Source: Candidatus Hydrogenedentota bacterium (GTDB lineage Bacteria; Hydrogenedentota; Hydrogenedentia; Hydrogenedentales; CAITNO01). Taken from it: a DNA stretch of 64,000 nucleotides. Position numbers and translations under genes: made by a program. Numbering within the stretch: position 1 is the stretch's first letter; every line of letters begins with the position of its first letter. Location: positions 34,100-98,099 of the forward strand of contig JAAYBR010000100.1 of assembly GCA_012730045.1 (NCBI GenBank). Reading direction: 5' to 3'. This document shows positions 39,796 through 49,287 of the stretch, in pieces. Below the pieces are notes generated by a model. The model saw nothing but the letters and a program-made list of their open reading frames with translations. It did not search any database and was not told the origin of the DNA.

Positions 39796-40944
39796 CTACA
39801 GGGCGGGCACGTCCACCCAGGCCCGGCGCCGCCAGCTTTCATATCCCAGTTCGGCGAACTGCACGCCCTTGGCCCCTTCCAGGAGGTTCCAGGGGAAGGG
39901 TTCATCGGTGTGCAGATGGCGCAGGAAAAGCTCCCACTGCGCCTTGAACGCGTTGTCACAGGGTTCCGTCTCGGGAACGGTCTCCCATCCGTCGAAGAAG
40001 TTGATCGGGCTCGGGATGTCGGGGTTCCAGACGGGCCGCGGGGTGTCGGCGCCCTTCTGGACCCGGCATTCGCGCAGTCCCGCCACTGCCGACCCCTTGT
40101 CGCCGTCCACCTGCACGGTGAGCAGGTCGTCGCGCCGGACCCGCGTGGTCCAGGAGGAGTTGAACTGGCAGACGATCCCGGGTTTCGTGACGGCGGTCAT
40201 GTAGGCGGCGTCCTCGGCGTCGGCTTCATAGGGATGGCCGGCCTCGTCCAGGCGGCGCGGGACGTGGGTGGCCCCGAGACAGCAGACCGAGGCCACGGGG
40301 CCGAAGAGGTTGTCAATCAGGTAGCGCCAGTGGCAGAGCATGTCGGAGATGATGCCGCCGCCCTCGGCCTTTTTGTAGTTCCACGAGGGGCGCTGGGGCT
40401 GGCCGTCCCCGCCGGTGAAGACCCAGTAGCCGAAGTCGGCCTTGACACTGTGCACCTTTCCCAGCGCGCCAGAAGCCATGACCCGGCGGAGTTTGACCAG
40501 GCCGGGGAGCCACAGCTTGTCCTGGACCACGCCGTGGCGCACGCCCCCGGCCTCGGCGGCGTGAAACAGCGCCAAGGCCCCGGTGGCGGTGTCCGCGGAG
40601 GGTTTCTCGCAATAAATGTGCTTTCCCGCGGCGATGGCGGCGGACACCGCCTCCACACGGCGAAGGGTGGTTTGCGCGTCGAAATAGACAGGGTAGTCCG
40701 GGTCGGACAGGCAGGCGTCGAGATCGGTGGACCACGGCAGCCCGCCGTGTTTCTCCGCCAGCGCGCGCAGTTTTTCCTCGTTCCTTCCCACCAGAAGGGG
40801 GGCCGGCAGAATCCTGCGCCCGTCGGGCAGTTCCACCCCCCCGGCGGCGCGGATGGCCATGAGGGAGCGTTCGAGATGCTGGTTCATCCCCATGCGCCCG
40901 GTGACGCCGTTCATGATCACGCCCGTGCGGACAGTCTCAGACAT
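39796..40944 (-). CDS. cytoplasmic Gfo/Idh/MocA oxidoreductase
   Basis: GVIMNGVTGRMG, KHIYCEKP, VVQDKLWLPG, WNYKKAEGGGIISDMLCHW. Confidence 0.92.
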   Translation of the reverse strand: MSETVRTGVIMNGVTGRMGMNQHLERSLMAIRAAGGVELPDGRRILPAPLLVGRNEEKLRALAEKHGGLPWSTDLDACLSDPDYPVYFDAQTTLRRVEAVSAAIAAGKHIYCEKPSADTATGALALFHAAEAGGVRHGVVQDKLWLPGLVKLRRVMASGALGKVHSVKADFGYWVFTGGDGQPQRPSWNYKKAEGGGIISDMLCHWRYLIDNLFGPVASVCCLGATHVPRRLDEAGHPYEADAEDAAYMTAVTKPGIVCQFNSSWTTRVRRDDLLTVQVDGDKGSAVAGLRECRVQKGADTPRPVWNPDIPSPINFFDGWETVPETEPCDNAFKAQWELFLRHLHTDEPFPWNLLEGAKGVQFAELGYESWRRRAWVDVPAL

Positions 40945-40977
40945 TGCAGCCTCCTTTGCGGGATGGGTTCGCAGCCC

Positions 40978-41613
40978 TCAGGCCCCGCCGTTTTCCCGTT
41001 CTCGCTTGCGGTTCATGTGCGCCTCGCGCAGGATCCGCCACAGGTGCATCGTCAGAGCGCGGCGGGACTCCCCGGGCACATGGGTGAACTCCAGCCCCGC
41101 GCGGAACGAGGGGCCCTGGGCGGACTGGAGGGCCTCCAGCCGGCAGACGCGGGCGTTCACCAGAACGGGACGGCCCTCTTTCAAGTCAATCTTGAGGTCA
41201 ACCGTGTCGTTGACCGACAGGCGCGCCTGGGTCTGAACCAGGGCGCCCTCCATGCTCAGGTTGTGGACGACCCCGTCAATGAAATGGGGGGAGCCGTTCC
41301 GCCGGATCGCGGCGTTCAGGCCCACCGCCACACGCCATCCCCGCCGGTTGAAGTTTCCCCCCGCCCGCGGGTTTCGCCGGAGAACCACCTCGCGGCCCGT
41401 GTCCTCCGGAGTGCGCAGCACCTGCATGAAATACAGCAGCGAGCAGCCCGGCGTGGTGCACGCCACCTCGCACACGGTTCCGCGCTCCAGGGCGACGCTG
41501 CTGGCCAGATTGACGGAAATCCAATCCGACTGGTAACTGGACACACGCGAGGTGATTTTGCGGCTGCCCAGCCGGAGAATAATGCGCTGTCCCACCCGAA
41601 AAATGGATATCAC
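40978..41613 (-). CDS. YcgR-like PilZ-domain c-di-GMP receptor
   Basis: RRGWR (RxxxR) and NLSMEG (D/NxSxxG) PilZ motifs after an N-terminal beta domain. Start uncertain; GTG 41613 chosen. Confidence 0.8.
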   Translation of the reverse strand: MISIFRVGQRIILRLGSRKITSRVSSYQSDWISVNLASSVALERGTVCEVACTTPGCSLLYFMQVLRTPEDTGREVVLRRNPRAGGNFNRRGWRVAVGLNAAIRRNGSPHFIDGVVHNLSMEGALVQTQARLSVNDTVDLKIDLKEGRPVLVNARVCRLEALQSAQGPSFRAGLEFTHVPGESRRALTMHLWRILREAHMNRKRERENGGA

Positions 41614-41921
41614 CTGAGGAGTCTTCCCTGCTTGCCGGATGAAAGATGAAAGATATGATTCCCAAATGATAGTACCGCGTGCGGGGCCGGGATGCAAACC
41701 GCCGGAGCGCTTCCGGTATAGTAGTCCCCGTGGACGCGGCGTTTCCCCGGCGGAGCGGGCGTCCCGGTGGACGGGCAACCCGGGGACGGAGGCATGGATC
41801 CGGTTTCGAGAAGACGCCTTGAGCGCAGGACCGCGATGGCGGTGTTCTGCGCTCTTGCCCTGCTTTCCCTGCTGCTGAATTTGGCGCCCTGGATTGTGCC
41901 GGGCGGCGCGGTGGGCGTGCC

Positions 41922-43739
41922 ATGAGGGAAAGCGCGGGGAGGTTGGTCTTGAGACGGGACGGGTTTCGTCTCATGGTGGCGGCCGGGGCCGCGCTCTCCT
42001 GGCCGCTGGGGGAGTTTGAGCGGCTGGCGGGACCGGTGCATCTGTCCCATCTGTGGGTCTTTCTGGCCTTCGCCGTGGTGGTGCATGAACAAGTGCGGAC
42101 ACGGCGGATCACGCTGCCGTTTGACCTGGCCGCCTCGGCGGTGGGAGCGCTGGTGGTTGCCCTGTTGCTTGGCACAGGCAGCGTGTGCGGCGGTATTGCG
42201 CTGTTTGCGGCGTTTTACGCCGCCGCGTCCTTGGGGCTGTCCTCCGGGCAATCCCGGACCGTGTTGGGGGTTGCGGCGTGGTGTGCCCTGGCGGTCGCGG
42301 TTGCCTCCCTGGGGGCACTTTTTCTTCCCGTATTGCCCACAGCCACCTCCCTCGGCGGCGGAGCACGCATGCTGGGACCGGTTTCTCTGTCCGCAGGAGG
42401 GCTGGTCCTTTTCGTTGGGCTGGTCATCTTTCTGATTCGACTCCCCGGCGGCGGGGTCTTTAATGGGGTCGTTTCCTGTGCTGCCGCAGCGTTGTTTGTG
42501 GTGGTTGGCGCTGTTATTGCGCGGTTATTGTTTTCTGAGGCGGCGCTGTGGCTGCCGCCTTCGGGGTATTTCATGCCCCGGGCCTTGCCGGTGACGGCGG
42601 CGGTGTTGTGGGTGGTCTCGCTGTGTGTGGGAAAACTCGTTACCTCGGCACGTCTGGGGGACGACCGCACGCCGGCCCTGCTGGCTGCGGGGGTGTTCCT
42701 GGTCGCCGTCGCGGTGCTTGTCCTTCGCGCACCGGTGCCGCCGGGCGCGGCCTTTCTGGGGGGGCTGGCGGTCTCGGCCGGGTATCCCCAGACCGCCGCA
42801 ACGCGGGCGGACCGGCGTTTTCTGCTGTTTCCGGCGGTTCTGGCAGTGCTGCTGGCGCTGGCGCATGTTTTCTGGCTGGAGCATTTTCCCGGGGACATGC
42901 GGCACTACGCGGCGCGCGCCCGCGCATCCATTGAGGCGGGCCATCCCGGGGAGGCGGACCAGGCACTCCTTCTTGTCCTGAGCCGGAAACCCCGGGAGGC
43001 GTGCGCCGTGTTCTGGCGGGGGAATGCGGCCCTGGCGGCGGGGCGTCCCGGCGAAGCGGTGGATTTTTGGCAGCAGGCGGCGGCGATGGCGGGGGAACCG
43101 GGGGCGCTTCCGGCCCCGACGGCCGCCGAGTGGGAGGAGGCGCAGGCCCGGCTGCGGGACCATGTGGGCACGCTGCCCGAGGCGTCGCGGGGGTGGACGC
43201 TGGAGCGGTTTCTGCTGGTCCGGGGGGAGCGGGAGGCGGCGTTGGGCCTCCTGCGGGCGCGTGTGGAGGACGCGCCGGACCAAAGTGGACCGCCTGAACT
43301 GTATGCGCGGGTACTGGCATCATTGCTCGGGTTTCCCGGACTGGAGGACGACCTGTCGGAGTGGCGGACGGGGGAGCTCGTTCAGGCGCTTTCCCTGGGG
43401 CACCCGTTCGGGGCCGTGGTGACCGCCCCGGCGGGGTTCCCGGCGGCGTGGACTCCCCTGGTGGCGGCGGTGCGGACGACCCGGCGCGGCGCGGCAGTGC
43501 AGGTGTGGACGCAAAGCGCCGCCTTCGGGGGGGACCGGCGGGGTGGATGCGGGGCCGACACGGACGCGGCGCTGTGGATGAGCCCGAAGGCGGACGAGGA
43601 AGGGGGCTGGTATCTGTCCGCGCCGCCGGTGGGCCGCGTGCTGCTGGAGGGGGAGGGCCGCGTCTTTTTCGAGGATTACAACGCGGGCTGGGGCTGCGAC
43701 GAGCATGACAGCTGGCAGGTCATCTGCGTCGTGCCTTGA
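41922..43739 (+). CDS. multi-pass membrane protein with C-terminal TPR-like region
   Basis: About 11-12 hydrophobic segments followed by helical repeats (ACAVFWRGNAALAAGRPGEAVDFWQQAAA). Family not identified. Confidence 0.55.
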   Translation: MRESAGRLVLRRDGFRLMVAAGAALSWPLGEFERLAGPVHLSHLWVFLAFAVVVHEQVRTRRITLPFDLAASAVGALVVALLLGTGSVCGGIALFAAFYAAASLGLSSGQSRTVLGVAAWCALAVAVASLGALFLPVLPTATSLGGGARMLGPVSLSAGGLVLFVGLVIFLIRLPGGGVFNGVVSCAAAALFVVVGAVIARLLFSEAALWLPPSGYFMPRALPVTAAVLWVVSLCVGKLVTSARLGDDRTPALLAAGVFLVAVAVLVLRAPVPPGAAFLGGLAVSAGYPQTAATRADRRFLLFPAVLAVLLALAHVFWLEHFPGDMRHYAARARASIEAGHPGEADQALLLVLSRKPREACAVFWRGNAALAAGRPGEAVDFWQQAAAMAGEPGALPAPTAAEWEEAQARLRDHVGTLPEASRGWTLERFLLVRGEREAALGLLRARVEDAPDQSGPPELYARVLASLLGFPGLEDDLSEWRTGELVQALSLGHPFGAVVTAPAGFPAAWTPLVAAVRTTRRGAAVQVWTQSAAFGGDRRGGCGADTDAALWMSPKADEEGGWYLSAPPVGRVLLEGEGRVFFEDYNAGWGCDEHDSWQVICVVP

Positions 43740-43795
43740 CCCTTCCCGGGCGCGGATGGCAGAATAGGCGGACAACCTGAACGGAGAACACCCTG

Positions 43796-44401
43796 ATGAC
43801 GCCCCATACCCCCTTCCGCCACGACGGCGAATGCTGCGGAGACGCCGAGAAACCCCGGGACAACGGCATCGCCGCCCGGCTGCTGCAATCCCGCATCGTC
43901 ATGGTGGCGGGGGAGATTGAGCCGGAGACGGCGGAAGGCATTCTCGCGCAGCTGCTGCTGCTGGACACCCTCTCCAACGACCCGATCAAGGTGGTGGTGT
44001 CCTCGCCGGGCGGGCATGTGGACTCCGGGTACGCCATCCACGACATGATGCGCTTTGTGAAGTCCCCCGTGCTGGCGCTCGGGGCGGGCTGGGTGGCGAG
44101 CATCGCCGTGCCGATCCTGCTGGGCGCGGACAAGGGCAAGCGGTTCAGCCTGCCCAACACGCGCTTCCTGCTTCACCAGCCGAGCGGCGGCGCGGGCGGC
44201 CAGGCGGCGGACATCCGGATCGAGGCGCAGGAAATCCTGAAGATCCGCCAGAAGATCAACACGCTGATCGCCGCGGAGACCGGACAGCAGGAGGAGAAGG
44301 TCGCCAAGGACAGCGACCGGAACTTCTGGATGAGCGCCGAGGAAGCCCTGGAATACGGGCTGATTTCGGGCATCGTCTCCACCATGGCCGATTTTCAGTG
44401 A
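43796..44401 (+). CDS. clpP: ATP-dependent Clp protease proteolytic subunit (Asn in place of catalytic Asp)
   Basis: SSPGGHV, AIHDMM, VASIA (Ser), RFLLHQPSGG (His), DSDRNFWMSAEEALEYGLI. Confidence 0.93.
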   Translation: MTPHTPFRHDGECCGDAEKPRDNGIAARLLQSRIVMVAGEIEPETAEGILAQLLLLDTLSNDPIKVVVSSPGGHVDSGYAIHDMMRFVKSPVLALGAGWVASIAVPILLGADKGKRFSLPNTRFLLHQPSGGAGGQAADIRIEAQEILKIRQKINTLIAAETGQQEEKVAKDSDRNFWMSAEEALEYGLISGIVSTMADFQ

Positions 44402-47400
44402 TCCCCGCGCGCGCGGCGCGTTTCGGCGTCGTGCACGGCCCGGTACAGCGCGGCGACCCGCTTCCGGTGCTCTGAAACCGGATCGAGCAGTTCCCCCGCC
44501 AGCCCCAGCCGCCGCGCGAGGTTGCCCCGCGCCGCCCCGTCCTCGGGCAGGGCGCTGGCCGCGTCCCCCCGCATCATGCGCACCCGGTTCATGACGCGGC
44601 GCAGGAAGTTGTAGGCGTCCGCCAGGGCGTCGCAGGTCTCCGCCTCCTCCAACCCCTTCTCTTTCATCACGCCCAGCGCCCGGAACACGCCCCAGCACCG
44701 GACCTCCGGGCAGGCCGCCGCGTGCCGGAGCTGAAGCAGGCGCGTGGTGAACTCCACATCGGACAGGCCGCCCTCATGGCGCTTGAGGTCCAGCGGGGAT
44801 GCCGCGGCGGCCGCCTTGGCCCGCAGGCTGTCCATCTGTTCCAGTGCGTCGAGCGCGGGCCTTCGCGAGAAAGCGGCGTTCCGGGCTGCATCCTCCAGGC
44901 CTTCGCGGAGAGCGGGGTCCCCGGCGACGGCGCGGGCCTTCATGAGGGCGAAGCGCTCCCAGGGGTGGGCCTCCTCGGCGTAATACTGGATGAAGCGGCT
45001 GAGGGGGATGGCAATGTTGCCCTTGCCGCCGTCCGGGCGGAGCCGCGCGTCCACGTCATAGAGCACGCCGTGGCGGGTGGGCTCCTTGAGGCGTTTCACC
45101 GTGAGCGAGGCGACCTGGGCGAAATACTCCGTTTCCGACATGGAACCCGGCGCGGGGGCGGTCTCCGGGTCGCCATACACGAAGACCAGGTCCAGGTCGC
45201 TGCCGTAGCTCATCTCGCGCCCGCCGAACTTGCCCAGGGCGAGGACGGCGAAGGGCGCGGGCGCGGGGCCGCACCGCTCCCCGGTCCTGGTCTCCGCCCC
45301 GGAGAGGGCATGGCCGAGGATGACCTCGGCCAGCAGGGTCAGCTCGTCGCCCACCTCCGCCACGGAGACGTCCAACACCAGCTCCCGCAGGGCGGTCTTG
45401 AGCATTTCCGCATCGCGCAGCCGGCAGGGCGCCGCCTCGGGGACGGCGGCGGCGAGGAGGGCGCCGAAATCCTCCTCCAGCGATGCGCGGGTGGAGGGCG
45501 CGGCGATGGTGCGGGGGCTTCCGACGATCTCCAGGAGTCCGACATCGCGCACGAGGAGGGTGGAGAGGTATTCGCTGTTTGCGGTGAGCACGGCGAGGTA
45601 GCGGCAGAGGTCGGGATTGTAGTGGAGCAGCTCATAGAGGGTGCGCGGGGAGCGCATGCGCTCCACGATCTGGGCCAGGCGCATGAGGCCCCGTCCGGGG
45701 TCCGGGGTGTGCGCGAAAGCCTCCAGCAGGGCGGGGGCCGCCGCGGCGAAGGCCGCGGCCACGTCCCGGGTGTGGGGCGCGTCCTTCGGGCCGTTTGCCA
45801 GCGTCAGCAGTTCCCGTCGCACCTGCTCCGGCTCCGAAAAGCCCATTTCCCGGAGCCGGTCGAGACCGGCGGCGGAATCCGCCCCCCGGTCCAGCAGCTC
45901 GGTGATCCAGAGGGTGCCGTCGCCCTTGACGGTGAGGAACTTCTGGAGGACGCGCCGGCTGTCCTCCGTGTGTTCGCGGTAGACCCGCATGAACGCGGCA
46001 CCGTCCGTGTAGCCGAGCTTGCGGGCGAATTCGTCGAGGTCGTCCGCGCGTTCGGGCAGGGCGTGCACCTGCTGCCCGGCCTCGATCTGGAGGCGGTGCT
46101 CCACCCCGCGCAGGAAGGTGTAGTTCCGCGCCATGGCGGCCGCCTCGAGGGGGCTGAAACTCTGGCGCTCGCCGAGGAGGCGGATGGCCTCCAGGGTGTT
46201 CCGTGTGCGCAGTTCGGGGAAGCGGCCGCCGTTGAGGAGCTGGAGCATCTGCACGGTGAACTCGATGTCGCGGATGCCGCCGCGGCCCAGTTTCACCTCG
46301 CGCTCCGTCTCGCCGCGCCCCGCGGTGCGGGCTTCGGCCTGCTCCTTGACCCGGCGGATGTCCTCGAGCGTGGCGTCGTCGAAATAGCGGGGAAACACGA
46401 AGGGGCGCAGTTTGCCCAGCAGGGCCTCGCCCAGCCCCACATCGCCCGCGCAGGGGCGGGCCTTGATGAGGGCCTGCCGTTCCCAGGCGCGCCCGTAGTG
46501 CATGTAGTATTCCAGGGCGGGGTCGAAGGGGATGGCCAGGGGGCCGCTCGCGCCGAAGGGGCGCAGGCGCGCGTCCACGCGGAAGACGAAGCCGTCGGCG
46601 GTCGTCTCGGAAAGCGCCCTGATGATCAGCTCCGCCAACTTTTTATAATACTCCTCGTTGGTGACGGTGCCCGACGCGCCGCCGGAGGTCACCCCCGGGT
46701 CGCTGTAGAGGAAGACAAGGTCTATGTCGGAGCTGAAATTCAGCTCGCGCCCGCCGAGCTTGCCCATGCCCAGCACGGTGAACTCCGCGCGCCGGTCCGT
46801 GGGCCCCTCCGCCGTGGTGCGCAGGGGCGCGCCGTGGCGCGGCGCGAGCTGCTCCGAGGCCATGCGAAGCGCCGCCTCCAGCGCGGCGTCGGCGAGGTTC
46901 GAGATGTCCTCGCCGATGCTGGAGAAGTGGGGATGGATGAAGACCTCGCGGGCGGCGATGCGGAGCACCTCGCGGCGGGCGGCGCGGCGCAGGGCGGTCA
47001 TGCGGCGCTCGAAGCTGTCGCAGGGGCCGACGGCGGCCCAGAGGTCCGCAAGAATGGCGTCCGCCGGGCGGGCATTGTCCAGCTCCGCCTCCTGCCAGAG
47101 CCACCCGGCATATTCGGGGTTGCGGCAGAGGATGTCCGTGAGCAGGCGGCTTTGGGAAAACAGCGTGACGAGCAGGGCCGCGTAGCGCGGGCTGGAGGCA
47201 AGCAGCTCCGCCTGGGTGCGCGGACTGAGGGAGCGCTCCAGAAAGCGGCACAGGCCCAGCGCCGCCTTGAGCGGGTTCGACGCATCGGCCAGCGCGCGGC
47301 GGACCGTGTCCAGGGACAGGTTGCCAAAGACCCCGGCAAGGGTGTCCAGCAGCTGCGCGCCCTGCCCCGGGTCGGAAAAGGGGATGGGGGGGGCGGACAT

Positions 47401-47406
47401 GCTCAT
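44395..47406 (-). CDS. glnE: bifunctional glutamine synthetase adenylyltransferase/adenylyl-removing enzyme
   Basis: Two nucleotidyltransferase halves: GMGKLGGRELNFSSDIDLVF...RVDARLRPFG...WERQALIKAR and ALGKFGGREMSYGSDLDLVF...DARLRPDG...WERFALMKAR. Confidence 0.95.
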   Translation of the reverse strand: MSMSAPPIPFSDPGQGAQLLDTLAGVFGNLSLDTVRRALADASNPLKAALGLCRFLERSLSPRTQAELLASSPRYAALLVTLFSQSRLLTDILCRNPEYAGWLWQEAELDNARPADAILADLWAAVGPCDSFERRMTALRRAARREVLRIAAREVFIHPHFSSIGEDISNLADAALEAALRMASEQLAPRHGAPLRTTAEGPTDRRAEFTVLGMGKLGGRELNFSSDIDLVFLYSDPGVTSGGASGTVTNEEYYKKLAELIIRALSETTADGFVFRVDARLRPFGASGPLAIPFDPALEYYMHYGRAWERQALIKARPCAGDVGLGEALLGKLRPFVFPRYFDDATLEDIRRVKEQAEARTAGRGETEREVKLGRGGIRDIEFTVQMLQLLNGGRFPELRTRNTLEAIRLLGERQSFSPLEAAAMARNYTFLRGVEHRLQIEAGQQVHALPERADDLDEFARKLGYTDGAAFMRVYREHTEDSRRVLQKFLTVKGDGTLWITELLDRGADSAAGLDRLREMGFSEPEQVRRELLTLANGPKDAPHTRDVAAAFAAAAPALLEAFAHTPDPGRGLMRLAQIVERMRSPRTLYELLHYNPDLCRYLAVLTANSEYLSTLLVRDVGLLEIVGSPRTIAAPSTRASLEEDFGALLAAAVPEAAPCRLRDAEMLKTALRELVLDVSVAEVGDELTLLAEVILGHALSGAETRTGERCGPAPAPFAVLALGKFGGREMSYGSDLDLVFVYGDPETAPAPGSMSETEYFAQVASLTVKRLKEPTRHGVLYDVDARLRPDGGKGNIAIPLSRFIQYYAEEAHPWERFALMKARAVAGDPALREGLEDAARNAAFSRRPALDALEQMDSLRAKAAAAASPLDLKRHEGGLSDVEFTTRLLQLRHAAACPEVRCWGVFRALGVMKEKGLEEAETCDALADAYNFLRRVMNRVRMMRGDAASALPEDGAARGNLARRLGLAGELLDPVSEHRKRVAALYRAVHDAETRRARGDH

Positions 47407-49286
47407 GCGCCTTTGCTTTCAGCGTGGCGCCAGTGCTGGCAGACCAGCAGCGCCCAGAGGGCGAGGGTGTGGTCGCGTCGGCCGGCGGCGTGGTCGTCGA
47501 GCATGCGGCGGACGGCGGCGGGGTTGAAGAGCCCGTCCCGCGCGAGGGCGGCGTCGGAGAAGAGGCGGTCCCGCTCGGTTTGCAGGCGTCCCGTGAGCCA
47601 TGCGCCGCGCGGGGGCTCGAAGCCGCGCTTGGGGCGGCGCAGCACCGCCGGGGGCAGCTCGGGGGCCAGGGCGCGGCGCAGCAGCACCTTGGTCTCGCGG
47701 CCCAGCACCTTCAGTTCCGGCGGCGCGGCGGTCATGAACGCGAGGAGGGAGCGGTCGGCGAAGGGCACGCGCATCTCCAGTCCGTGGGCCATGCTCATGC
47801 GGTCGCCGCAGGTCAGCACGTTGTGCGGCAGGAAGAGATGGGCGTCCACATACATGGCCTGCGACAGCGGGTTATCGCGGCCCGACTCGCGGGCGAGGCC
47901 GCGCACGGTGTCCCAGGCGTCGCGCCCCGCGAGGGTTCGCTTGAGGTCCTCGGTGTAGAGCGCTTCCTTCATCTCCGGGGTGAAGCGGCTGAGCCAGCGG
48001 GCGTAGGCGGCCAGGGGGTCGCGCGGGTCGGCGGAGAGGAACCCGCGCACGCGGCGGGGCCAGGGGCCGCGCGCGGCGTCCTCCGGAATCAGGGCGGCCA
48101 ACGGCCGCGCGGCGCGCCAGAATCCCGCCGGAACGCCCGCAAGTTTCTGCGCGAGGACCATGCCCCGGTAGCGGGGGTAGCCGCCGAAGCACTCGTCTCC
48201 GCCGTCGCCGGAGAGGACCACGGTGACATGCCGCCGCACCAGCCCGCAGACGGCGTGGGTGAGCAGGGCCATGGGGTTGCCGTAGGGCTCGTCGAAATGG
48301 CGGAGCAGCGTGCCGAGGAAATCGCCCTCCGCCGGGCCGAGGCGCAACTCGTGGTGGTCGCTGCCGAGGAACGCGGCGGTCTCGCGGGCCTCGGCGGTCT
48401 CATCCGCCGGGAGGGACGGATCCTCGTAGCCCACGGTGAAGGTGGCCGGCCGGACGCCGCCTCCGCGCATGAGGGCGACCAGGGCCGCCGAGTCCACGCC
48501 GCCGCTGAGGAGCGCGCCCACGGGCACATCGGCGATGAGGTGGCGGTCCACCACTTCCCGCAGCCGCGCGCGCAGCGCCTCCTCCCATTCTCCGGGGGTC
48601 TTTGGGGGCGTGTCCGCCGTGTCCGCCAGCCGCCAGTAGCGCCGCATGGAGACCGCGCCGGTTTCCGCGGACCAGACGGCCAGATGGGCCGGCGGGAGCT
48701 GGCGGATGCCCCGGTAGAAGGTGCGCGGGGGCACGGTGTGCAGCCAGGTGAGGTAGTCGTCGAGGGATTCGGGGTCCATCTCCAGGTCCACGCCGGGACA
48801 CAGGAAGAGGGACTTCATCTCGGAGGCGAAGAAGAGTGCGCCTCCAGTCTCGGCGTAGTAGAGCGGCTTGATGCCGACGGCGTCCCGCGCGAGAAACAGG
48901 CGGCGCGCCGTCCGGTCCCACAGGGCGAAGGCGAACATGCCCTCCAGCCGGTCCAGGGCCCCCTCGCCCCACTCGGACCAGGCCGCGAGGATGACCTCCG
49001 TGTCGCTGCGCGTGTCAAAGACCCGGCCCGCCGCCTCCAGTTCCCGGCGCAGCTCGTGGAAGTTGTAGATTTCGCCGTTGAACACGATGGTCAGCGCGCC
49101 GTCGCGGGTGGACATGGGCTGGCGGCCCGCGGCGAGGTCAATGATGCTGAGGCGCCGGTGGCCGAGGGACACGCCGTCGGCGATGTGGGCGCCCTGGTCG
49201 TCGGGGCCGCGGTGCGCGAGGGCGTCCGTCATGGCGCGCAGGAGCGCGGCGTCCTCCCGTCCGGCGATGCCCGCGATGCCGCACAT
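47403..49286 (-). CDS. asnB: asparagine synthase (glutamine-hydrolysing)-type amidotransferase
   Basis: N-terminal MCGIAG, HRGPD, HRRLSIIDL, FNGEIYNF, LLSGGVDS, LSGDGGDE, DRMSMAHGLEMRVPF. Confidence 0.93.
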   Translation of the reverse strand: MCGIAGIAGREDAALLRAMTDALAHRGPDDQGAHIADGVSLGHRRLSIIDLAAGRQPMSTRDGALTIVFNGEIYNFHELRRELEAAGRVFDTRSDTEVILAAWSEWGEGALDRLEGMFAFALWDRTARRLFLARDAVGIKPLYYAETGGALFFASEMKSLFLCPGVDLEMDPESLDDYLTWLHTVPPRTFYRGIRQLPPAHLAVWSAETGAVSMRRYWRLADTADTPPKTPGEWEEALRARLREVVDRHLIADVPVGALLSGGVDSAALVALMRGGGVRPATFTVGYEDPSLPADETAEARETAAFLGSDHHELRLGPAEGDFLGTLLRHFDEPYGNPMALLTHAVCGLVRRHVTVVLSGDGGDECFGGYPRYRGMVLAQKLAGVPAGFWRAARPLAALIPEDAARGPWPRRVRGFLSADPRDPLAAYARWLSRFTPEMKEALYTEDLKRTLAGRDAWDTVRGLARESGRDNPLSQAMYVDAHLFLPHNVLTCGDRMSMAHGLEMRVPFADRSLLAFMTAAPPELKVLGRETKVLLRRALAPELPPAVLRRPKRGFEPPRGAWLTGRLQTERDRLFSDAALARDGLFNPAAVRRMLDDHAAGRRDHTLALWALLVCQHWRHAESKGA

Positions 49287-49287
49287 G

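Noticed and set aside
43736-43765. TTGACC-18-CAGAAT promoter for clpP and a possible second CIRCE
   Set aside because: The promoter is plausible but weakly supported, so it was not called. No CIRCE-like inverted repeat is visible there.
44722-47958. 1078-aa plus-strand ORF
   Set aside because: Antisense shadow of glnE and asnB, which carry all the recognisable motifs.
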